The notes under the pieces: model-generated | The model's database searches: none | Seen by the model: only the letters and a program-made list of their open reading frames with translations | What the model was told of the DNA's origin: nothing | Translations under genes and position numbers: made by a program | From: Styela clava | Taxonomy: Eukaryota | Direction: 5' to 3' | DNA: 64,000 nucleotides | Assembly: GCF_964204865.1 (NCBI RefSeq) | Contig: NC_135264.1 | Coordinates: forward strand, 4,464,001-4,528,000 | Shown here: in pieces, positions 53,663 through 64,000 of the stretch | How positions within the stretch are numbered: the first letter of the stretch is position 1 | Layout of the letters: each line of letters starts with the position of its first letter

Positions 53663-54430
53663 AATAGGATTTACATAGTTATTCCGCGGGTAGGAAAGCC
53701 GATAAGACGGCTTGGCGAACCACGGCCTCTCGTCCGGTTACCATTCCATGTCGGTTATGACATTAGTTAGTACAGGGTGGTCTAAACCCAGGCCCGCGGG
53801 CCACATGTGGCCCGCCGCTCCATTATCTGTGGCCCGCATCACATTCGGAGAGAATCAAAAAATCGCATTTTGTAATAAAATTAATCAGAAAAATATTTTT
53901 ACGTATTGTTACATCTCCAATGGCACTGAATTGACTAGTGTTATGGCTAGCTGTGAGGCAACTAGCGAAGTTGAATGATGTGCTTTGTAGTCTAAATTAG
54001 TATCTGGCTTTCTATCTTTTTGGTCGGGAATATATGCTAACAATATAGGCATCATAGAAAACTAAGAATCGAATGCGGATTCTATTAGCCAGAGCAGGCT
54101 ATGTCTTATAACTATGTGTTTGCACAATAAATGTTTATTTTGTATTGCACTGTTTACCTATTCCCGGCACTATTGTGGCCCGTGAACAGTGCAAAAATAA
54201 TTTTGTGGCGCGCGGAGCCGACAATGTTGGACCACCCTGAGTTAGTTATTTGTTTTCGGAAGCATGGACTTGATGTTGGAAAAAGCCGTAACCGACCAGC
54301 GATTACGTGAACCACCCTACGGCGGCGAGGAGTTCAGAAATCCTCGCGCACATGACCATCCCCGCATGGGATTCGGTGCTGTGTCGAGCGTATTCCTAAC
54401 GCTTAGCACGATGAGCCACACCGCCGCGCC
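53663..54430 (-). mobile_element. tRNA-derived SINE interrupted by a MITE
   Basis: Reverse-complement homology to 29023-29363 on both sides of 53773-54239. Confidence 0.85.
53773..54239. mobile_element. Charlie-type MITE inside the SINE
   Basis: TIRs cagggtggtc / gaccaccctg. TSD agttagta / agttagtt. Confidence 0.85.
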
Positions 54431-54723
54431 ATATACCTGTTTGTAACCTGATCCGAAATCAACCATGAACCACTCATGATCGCTTTGTAGTTCATGTTAT
54501 TATGGGAATAAATTGTATACAAACTTCAAAGTTGAAACTTGTGAAGCAGTATTCTTTTTAGAAGAAACACGATTTGTTTGCTTGTTTGCGTGCCGTATTA
54601 AAAAATGGACGCTTTAATCTGTACAATGCAAATTGCAATTAACTATTGATTTTTTAACAGGCTGAGTATTATATAATTTGGCATAGTCAACATGCATACG
54701 TGATATTTAATTAAGATTAAAAT

Positions 54724-57700
54724 ATGGAGCCACGTACCTTGGTCATAACATTAACAATCGCATTATTCAAATTAGGATATTCATCATCACAATATACTTC
54801 TCCCCCGTTCCACAGGACGTTTTCTGATGCTTGCATTTCAGCGGGCATAAAAGATGAAAATGCTTGTCCGCGAATCGCTGGCAAAAGTCAGTGGTCAAAG
54901 GAAAAACGAACTTCTGAAAGTGACACGAGGTTTAAACCAACTAACCCTAGGAAATGTTTTTCAAAAGTATTAGTGTCAACCCAAAAGTGTAACGCAAAAC
55001 CAGAATGTGTAATGACAGCTTACAAATACTCACTTCCAAACAGAGGTCGTTCAGCTGGAAAAAGCAATCCTTCTCATTGCATAAAAGACTGGTCTATCGA
55101 AAGTACATGTAAGGCAAATGGACCAGGTGGAAAAAATACCAGAACTACATATTTTAATTGTTTTAGAAAAGGAGCGAGGAATTTTTGTGGAGTCAAATTT
55201 GAGAATTGTAAACCGGTTCCTTGTTTTACTTGGACTGGTTATAAGAGGCAATGTTTCATGGAATGTAAGACGCCAAAATTCACTGGGATTGCGATGCATT
55301 TTGTAAGAAATTGTAAAGAATGTGGCGGGGATATAACAAATAATACTAATTGTTCTGGGGGAGAGGAAGCAGCAACAAGGTTAGGGCGATGCATTGTGAG
55401 ATCAAAGGCAAGAGCTAGAGCGCCAGATTGTGTTTTAGACACGACAACTGCAATTGTAACCACGGCTCAACCGGAAACAACAAGGGGCATCACTACCGCT
55501 AAGATAACAAAATTAACAACCACCACAATTCAAACTAGTCCGCATACCACATATGGGAGGACCATCACAACACCAGAAACTTTCAGAACATCTACTGCTA
55601 TAAAGAAATTGGATGCGACAACAAGTCATACCACAAAAGCAAAAATAACAACTGGACCAAATAACCACATAAAAACAAAGCCCACCAAAACCGTTCTTAG
55701 CACAACAAAACAGGACAAAACTGAACCGACTACAACAACTTCAAAATCCACAACTACTAAACAAACCACAGGTTTTACAAAATCAACTGCGACAATTACC
55801 ACTACCTCCACAACTATAGTACCAGACTATATATCAGTGAGCTCTACAAAGTCAATTGTAAGAGCTACAACAACAAATCCTCGAACTACATCTTTAAATT
55901 TTAACCAGGAGGAATCCACAGCTATTGTAGCTGCAATACCTGGTGGTCAATCAGGTCACGATGATAATCCTTTCAACTTGGTAACCATAGCTGGCGGTGC
56001 TGGTGCTGGCATCATATTTATTGTGTTGATAGCAATCATAATATTTCTGTTGATGAAAAGAGACACTAAAACGCCGCCCGGACCGGCTTATAGCTCATCT
56101 TCGTTGTATAGATCACGAAGTGGTAGAAATCCCGTTGTTGATAGTTCTTCATTTCGCATTGCCACTTGGATTAGAGAAAGGCCAGCATTACCGAACAGAA
56201 GCCGAACGTCATCTGATTCGGTGAGTTATTAGATAGGCATGATAAATATTTCAGTTTTAGGTAATTTTTTCATGTAAGAATAGTAATTTAAATAAGTAAA
56301 CAATTATATAATACTTTATGTTTCACTTACTTTGCTTGGCAATTACTGTGATTGTTTGAAAATTATATCCGCAAACAGAATTTTGTTAAATTTATATGCA
56401 GCCTAATGCCTTTGTTAGTACATATTGTAACATTCGTTCGTTCAATTTTATACGAAGAAGCAAACGAATAACAACTTCACTAGGACTCAAGACTATTCAA
56501 TAATGTATATAAGTGAAGGCGGTCAATACTAATGGCAATGCAATTCACGAAGTACTAGAAATGCCAAATGATTAAATCGTGACGTAGAAAATCATTATAT
56601 ATACAATAGCGAATAGGTACATCTGAGCCTACATTTATTGTATTGTAAAATATAAGGTTTTATTGGTGCGTGATGTTAGTTACAATGTCACAATGCTATT
56701 TATTTAATTAAATTTCTAAAATCTTAGCCGTGTGAGGCGACCATGGACCAAGATCAATGCTTATTGAAAATGCATATGCTAGAATTCGTTCTTTGTACTC
56801 TGTCAGAACTTGCCAAATACGTTCTCCCGAATTAAAATAGATTATTTCGTCGGCTTTACAAAATAGGAAACACAAAATCGATTAGTAAACGTCAATGTTG
56901 TTAGAATCGACCCTATTCTAGTTTCCAAATGGTTTCTGCGGGATGGTGTACATTTGAATTCACTTTAATTTCTCACTTTAGGGGGTGTCTGACGCTGAAT
57001 ATTGGAAAATTGGAGAATCATCAGAAGAAAAAATAGCAACACCCAATAAATCACAAACATCTATAGTCCCAGATATTGTGAAAATTATTCAAGTCGAAGG
57101 GGAAGGTACTATCATTTATTTCTAAATATGCAAGAATTTTAGTTTCAACATGACGACTTACAAAAACAGACAAACTGATATTTAAATGATATTAGAACTG
57201 TTTAGTCACATGTAATAAATTCAGAATTTAAAAAATATGAATTTCATTTTGCAGTGTACAAAATGAAAAAAAAAAATAACTACTACAAAGTATCTATCAC
57301 TGCTTTAATATATATTAGCATGGCGATTCTGGAAAAATTTTTAATGGTAAATATCAGAATTGTTTTGGCAACTATTATTTCAGAAGCATGATCTAAGTTA
57401 ATTTTGAAAGTTGCACTATATATTTAAATATTTTCCTAATAAATTCTCATATTTTCAGAGCACATTTACGATGAAGTATCCTTTGGTATGGTGCAAGACG
57501 ACATGCAAAAGTTTGTACCGATTACTCGAGACAGTCCATTTAAAAATAGTCGAACATCAGCCAAAAGCACTCATAGCGAACCGGCGGAAACGTCAACATC
57601 TCGTGAACAGGAATGGCCAAGGAGTGAAAGCGCGGTATATGCAGTTGTACGCAAAACGCGTAAGAGAAATGCGAATTCTACGAAGAAAAGTCCCTCCGAA

Positions 57701-57892
57701 GCTGGAGATGGAGACTTTAGGCGAAGAGTCGCCTCAGAACATTCCGCCAGTATTACTAGATTAAATGGACGACACCTTCGAGAAGGGGTTTTGCAAATTG
57801 AATTTGATGAGAAAGAAGGCCTGCGATGTAGATTATCAAACTCTAATGTTTATATGAATTTTGAAGAGACGGAACCTCCTCCGGTTATATAG
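54724..57892 (+). CDS. Uncharacterised type I membrane receptor (~684 aa): signal peptide, 18-Cys domain, Thr-rich stalk, TM helix, Tyr-motif tail
   Basis: Exons 54724-56220 (tcg|gtgagt), 56982-57105 (tttag|...gaag|gtact) and 57459-57892 (tttcag|), phases 0 and 1, joining into the 57488-57892 ORF frame. TM IAGGAGAGIIFIVLIAIIIFLLM followed by KR. Confidence 0.85.
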
Positions 57893-59279
57893 CGAAATAG
57901 TTTCTCTCACCGTAAAGCGACGTATTCACCTACGGGCGTACTCGACAGCGTATGATTTGATTAATTAATTTGATTATGATTCATGAATAAAATAGTTCTA
58001 CAATTGTTTTAGTTGTGTAAATATATATCAGTTGTTTGCGTAGTTGTTGTTCTTTACCTAATAAAATTAAATTATTTTTTCAAGATTTAACTTTTGGTGG
58101 ATGCCTTAAAATGATACAAAGACTATATATAAAAGATAGCAGAATAAATGTACAGTTAAGATTGAGATTGGGAGAGTTGATGAAAAATATAATTATGTAA
58201 ATAATTAGATTAATTAGTAGTTGGCCTGATCGGTACAAGTGCTGTTTTGGTTTATACGCTATCATCCTACCGACTGATGCCAAATTAACTGATAAAGCAA
58301 AGACGCGATTACGCAAGTCTCAATCATGCAATACAGATGGTACTTTACATTCACACTTTGCGCAAAAGAAATTTGGAAATTACGGTAAACAGTGTACGTG
58401 AACGTACACCAACTTCTACTTACCTGAACCAACGCTTTTATACCGATAAAATACATTTTAAACGTATGAAATATGATTGCGCAACATTCATCGAGGTTAT
58501 TAAACAATATTGACACAGTCGATCATGTCATTCTGCGAGATAAATTGAATGATTATTACAAAAACGAATAGAACTGTACAATATTAACTAAACGACCACA
58601 ATTACTTACAGTCTGTAGCCTACCTTCAGTTATTTTTTGATCATGACTTGATTCTATGTTCACATCACTACTCAAAGTTTCTACGGCGTCTTAGTCAAGG
58701 AGAATGTCACTGAAACCTTAGTTCAGAGGTCATTAAAGATAATTTGTGACCTTTTCACCATTATGTGACTTTTTGTAGTGACCCAAAATCGCAATTGATA
58801 TTAACCAAACATTCTTCTACCAATGAATATTTATGTGGGTAGTTTATGCCATTTTCTGTACGTTTATATCGTTCGTAAAATACCTGCAATAAACACTCTT
58901 TCTACTCTTTTTACTTTCTGAAAGTTATTTCGACTTCAAACTATCGCATAAACTAAGATTAGTATTAAGAATTATCGAAACATTTTGTAGTGAAATCGTC
59001 AACTGCGGTTGTTGCGCATTCTCCACAGAATGTCTTCATTTTCTTCTGCAAAGTTTCTTTAATACGCATGCGATGCATTGCAGATGAAGCACGATCAGAT
59101 TTGTTCCTCGGTCCGACTTAGCAATGATTAGAAATGTAATAACTCCCCACTTTGAAAATTCCTGTCTAAGCCCCGGCAAGATATTCGGGAGTGTTACAAA
59201 TGTCTAATAAAAACTTTGCGCATTTTCTCCTATAAAGTCAGCTTGTTAACGCTACATCTGCAAAAAAGTACCCTGAACT

Positions 59280-61145
59280 TATCACAGCCCTGGACCAATT
59301 GCTTCTAAATTTTCAGTGGTTAAAGATTGTTGTTATCGCTAGAATGCCATTAATTTTATTTATTTCAAAATTTTCCTGCGGGCTTCATGGAATTCGATTT
59401 CACTTCGACGTCTTGAGTGGTGACGTCAGCACAATTTAAATCAAGAGAGCGATACCCGAATATTTGAACACGAAAATTTCATAGCAATTGGAATAGTAGT
59501 TAAAAAAATGCAAATTTTTCATGACAACGAGAAGAAAAATACCAACAACAACAACAACATAATAACAAGAAAGCTATGCTCAAATATATGGATACGAAGG
59601 TCAAGACAAAGTAGTAGGAATGTGAAATCTGACATATTTCCCTACGGTACCACAATCCTCAGGACTAATAGAAACCCGGAACCGCCAGAAGGTGCGTAAT
59701 TTTGGATGACGTCATGGCACACAAAGAAACAATCACGTGGAGCCCACAACAATTTTTGAAATAAATTAAAGAAATAGCTTTTTAGCAAACAAGAGAATCT
59801 TTGACCACTGAAAAATCCAAATTAATTGGTCGTCCAAAACAAAGCAATTTTTCCTAACAATAAGAAGAAAAATACCAACAAGAACAACAACAAAATAAAA
59901 AAGAGAATATCGGTCAGAGACCGAAGACTTATCGATCGAAAGTTAGGGGATTCCCCAAAACAGCGCTCTTACTCCATAGTGACACCTTGTGTTCCATCAC
60001 TAATTAATAAATAACTCGCTAATTATACGACATAATTCGCCCAAAATCAATAGGCTTCTGGTCCGAGATATTATGAATGCACATGCAAAATCTGGTGCAG
60101 ATTTAATCTCGCTTTCGGAGGATATCGCGTGCATCTAACAGACAGACAGACATACAAACAGACAAATACCTATCAACATATTTACCGATTAAAATCGATA
60201 AGTAACAAAGGAGCGATGCTTCAATATATGGACACGAAAGCCAAAACGAAGTAGTAGGGGTATGCACCCTGACACAGCACACTGCCAGTACTGCAATCCG
60301 CACGACTAATGCGAACCCGGAACCGCCAACAGGCGCGTAATTTTTGATAGCATCAAAGCACTCAAAAACATAAACCCATGGGACCCAGACAATTTTTGTA
60401 ATAAAAAAGTAATAGCTTTCTAGCAAAAAATATTACCTTGAATCGCTATAAATTTTGAAGCAATTGGTCCAGTAATTGAAGAGAAAAGCTATTTTTTAGA
60501 AAGGAATAAAAAGGACTAGGATTGGAAGAAAAATACCAACAAGAATAAGAACAACAACAAAATAATAACACAAAAAAACGATGCTCAAACACGTGGACAC
60601 GAAACTCAAAACGAGGTAGTGCGGGTATATGCAGTCAGTCACGTGATTAGACCATACCGCAATCTTCTAACTATCGACTAACGCGAAACCGCCACAAGGT
60701 GCGCAATTTTTGACGAAGTCGTGGTACACAAAAAACGAGCCCACAGAAATTTTTAAAATAAAAAAAAGTAAAAATATTTAATGATATTAATGACTCGGAT
60801 CATTAGATATTTCAATTCACACTGAAACTGGAAGTATGAATCATTATCGTCACAGGACATGGAAAAGCTAGGACTCTCCGGTACTCTGATACTCGGTACT
60901 GGTAAATTACCGTAGCTCTTTCAAAGTTCCAGCTTCATTCAGGATATGATTTTGTGGGAATTGTTGATAAAAATTTTATTCCAATCAAAATTTCAAGAGG
61001 TTTCAAGATTGTTGTTGTCGTCAAAAGACTCTTATTTATTTCAAAAATTTCTGTGGGCTTTATGAGTTTCGTTTTTCCCTTTTTAAACGTTTTGTTTGCC
61101 GACGTCATCAAAAGGAAAAATTGCACACCGTGCGGCGGTTCAACG
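59280..61145. repeat. Diverged ~330-bp repeat array, three direct units plus partial inverted copies
   Basis: gaagaaaaataccaacaa..aacaacaac, ga.acgaa....aa....a.gtagt and aaccgcca..agg.gcg.aattttt recur near 59530, 59862/60215 and 60525. Reverse-complement pieces at ~59290-59430 and ~61030-61142. Confidence 0.75.
59897..60205 (-). mobile_element. DINE-1/HINE-like non-autonomous Helentron element
   Basis: Subterminal IRs acttatcgat (59927-59936) / atcgataagt (60194-60203). Terminal hairpin tcggtc-aga-gaccga (59910-59924). (ACAG)n microsatellite near 60138-60165. Inserted in an A/T run with no TSD. Confidence 0.75.
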
Positions 61146-62175
61146 ATCGCATTTCATCGATCATTCTCATTCATTCAGGTGTTTTATGATTTATTCTACC
61201 GGTACTGTGGAAGATTTGCTACTACAGTTGTGACTCAAATAATGTGGTACTTCAATTCAAGTTGAGACTGGACTCCTGAATTATCATTGTTAAAGTATAC
61301 CTGGGAAATCTAGGACAGTCCGGGTAGGCTTACTGGTAAGTTATGTAGCTGTTCCAGTTTTGTTTAGGATATATATATATGACTTTTGCAGGAAAGTTTG
61401 AGTAAAACATTTCGTTTTAGCATTCGTGTCCATTGCTCTCTTGAAGGAAAAAGCGATTTTTTACAGCAACAAGAAGGAAAAATACAAAAGAGAATTCTAA
61501 TATCAGCAACCTATTAATACCAGTGAAACGGTAGACCTCTTGTCAGATAAGAAAACCATGTACTTTCACGCTACGTCTGGATTACTATAAAACATCTAAG
61601 ACGATTTTCCTACAAGAGTATCGTTTACGAAAAATAGGGATCCAACAGAAAACGCAACACGGATGCTGTTCACCATCACAATTCTTAATCTAAAGTCTAC
61701 CCCCGTATCTTTTTTAGGTTTACCCTGAAGCAGGGATGAAACTCCTCAAAATCGTGTAAATAACCGTGCACATAAATCACAAGCTGGTTTTGAACAAAGT
61801 GGCACATATGTGTACTTTGCTACGTGATATAAAACTAATACGTCCTGGAAAAAAATTCCAAAATTTCCTCCTATGCTGCATTTGCTGCAAGCATACCATT
61901 TAATGGCAACTAGCTCGTAGTTGTGATTAGCGCATTTTAATTTGCAATGTAGTGTTAATGATATGGACCATATAAGTCACGAGCTATTAAAGTATTTTAA
62001 ATTGTGAATATTTGATCCAAAATAAAGCTGATTAAAAACTTTATAAAACTGATCTTTGTGTAGTGTAGTTTTTTAATCTGGTCAATACTTTGTGTCCCTA
62101 GTATTTACCGTTCAGAAGGTTATAAATTTAATAGGTCGGATAAAGGAATTTGATAAATTTCGAAAAACTTCAACC

Positions 62176-62651
62176 CAGTGGCTCCCAATCTTTTATGACT
62201 CGTGGCCCAATTTCGGGCGCTCTTAGCATTTGTGTCAATTCTTCAAACATTCTGGTCTTACCCTGGTTAAGGCAACGTAATTATCGTCTCATTTCCGTTT
62301 CATGGGAATATTATGAATTAAAGTATATTTCTCTGTGTCGACAATACGTTTACCACGGCTATCTCACAGTTTTGTGAAACTGTCTTTGTTTGTAAGTGAA
62401 ATAGGTTCGACCATTATCTGCAGGCCTGCCAAATAACTACAAGGGTTAGAACTTGCAGAGCATCAAAGAATTCATGCAAAAGAAAGTGAAATCGCCTTGT
62501 GAAATAAATTTATATCAGGAAATGAAAACAAGGAATTTTCTCACGGAGGAAAAGAAAGCAAACGAAATTGCATTAAAATCAATTTTGCGTCTATTCTTGT
62601 GGCCGCTCCAACTGCTCTAGTGGGCCAGGGGCCTCAGTTTGGGTACCGCTG
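62176..62651. mobile_element. Old Charlie-type non-autonomous element
   Basis: cagtggctcccaa ... tttgggtaccgctg. TSD decayed. Confidence 0.55.
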
Positions 62652-63151
62652 CTCTATCCCTACAGCATTGAAAAACAAGAGATGTTAATTGAAATTATTT
62701 CAACAGATTTTACTGTAATAAAGCCTTTATGTTTTTGAAAAAGCTAAGCTGTACTAATTTATCTAAGTCACTAAGAATTGTATAAAATATTATTTCAAAT
62801 CTTTTTTTTTTTATCGTAGACCCGTTTATTTAAAAAAAAATGGAATGACATTTTTATTTATCAGTAATTGGACGATGCCCGTCCACCTCCCGCGACTAGA
62901 AACGAGTATTATAACTTCGAGTCTCGTTGCAGCCTTGAGATTTTTTTAGGTGTTTTTTTTAAATTGAACCTATCCAATCTACTTCGGTGAGTATCTTGCC
63001 TGTCGTGTATCACGCAATCTAAAAAATTCGCCATAAACAATAGCGTTATACATGAACAATATGACGGCATAATAGATTATTTATGACGTCATTGTTAAAG
63101 AGGGCCTCATAAATGATATAGCCTTTCATCGCCTAAATCCGGTCCTGCACC

Positions 63152-63452
63152 CAGGGATATCTGAAACAAATCGAATGTTTGAATCGATTAGGAATTAACC
63201 ATATTCGATATTTTCATTTTAAAGAATAATTTAAGATGCTTTCATTTAAAAAATTATTACTTCAGGTCTTTTTATAAAGTAAAAAATACCAAACTAATCG
63301 CATCACAGTTTATCTCAACTTTCTCCCATTTTCAAATTTAAACTAATTCATTATACATTGCAATATTTTGGTGTATATTTGCTATTTCATATTTAAAATA
63401 TTATTCCAGAATGTATTCGATAAAGTAGATTATTCGGTTTCGAACATCCCTG
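63152..63452. mobile_element. Old hAT-like MITE
   Basis: cagggatatctgaaac / gtttcgaacatccctg with ttcga subrepeats. No clear TSD. Confidence 0.45.
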
Positions 63453-63599
63453 GACTAACTACTGCTATTTTACAGATCACAAATATATCATTGATTTTAC
63501 TCCTGTTAGGCTAACATCGTTTAGCCATTTCCTAATTGCAGAAAATTAATGCGGTTATTGGTTAAGGAATTGAGAATGAACTGAATTGTATCTTATATA

Positions 63600-63777
63600 T
63601 AGTGTAGGGATTCCAATTTTTGTAAGCCTGTTCCATCGCACAAATGTCATATTTTTCAGCCTGTTCTGTTACAAAAAGTCATGCTTTTTTCAGTAATGCC
63701 AACCGGTTCGCTGATCTCATAAAATTCCGTGAGACGGTTCTATAGAACCGGTGCGAACCGACTGAATCCCACTACTG
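63600..63777. mobile_element. Second copy of the 180-bp hAT MITE
   Basis: Near-identical to 25652-25831 (gttcgctgatctcataaaattccg...tgaatcccactactg). Confidence 0.85.
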
Positions 63778-64000
63778 CTTGTAAGCCTTATTCACGTACA
63801 ACATATAAGAATGTAGATGCTTTATATTCTACTGCTCTCTTCTAGAAAAGCAAATTCAGACCAGAATTGAAACGCTTTATCGCCAGTTTACTTCGTCCAA
63901 CTTGAATACGTTTAAGAATGAACTGAATTCTATTGATATTGATGACTTCAGCAGCATCCAGGATCCCAACACTTGCTTTGAAAATTTTTTTGAAAAATTC

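Noticed and set aside
4314-54247. Shared nnnTAnnn pattern of Charlie TSDs
   Set aside because: Real, but it is the already known Charlie/Buster target preference.
59530-60775. CRISPR-like periodic repeats
   Set aside because: Eukaryotic context. Units are long and diverged with homologous intervening sequence, and there are no cas genes.

Overview
AT-rich, intron-containing animal genomic DNA. An invertebrate such as a tunicate would fit, but that is inference and the species cannot be fixed from the sequence. Gene models were spliced by hand. (1) Three tandemly duplicated 3-coding-exon type II membrane C-type lectin genes (10.9-23.7 kb). (2) A SEPT2-group septin gene (27.3/30.1-39.6 kb) with two candidate alternative first coding exons and an 8-nt frame-restoring microexon. 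(3) An orphan single-pass type I receptor of about 684 aa (54.7-57.9 kb) with an 18-Cys ectodomain resembling degenerate TSP1 repeats, a Thr-rich mucin stalk, and a tyrosine-motif tail. The tail contains EEHIYDEV, identical to the Nck-binding site of EPEC Tir. The rest is rich in mobile elements: many hAT/Charlie MITEs with 8-bp TSDs, a disrupted full-length hAT (Tip100/ZMYM1-like) element in a three-level nest, Merlin-like GG..CC MITEs carrying TTAGGG, tRNA-derived SINEs, and a DINE-1/Helentron-like element in a ~330-bp repeat array. No rRNA, true tRNA or CRISPR array was seen.
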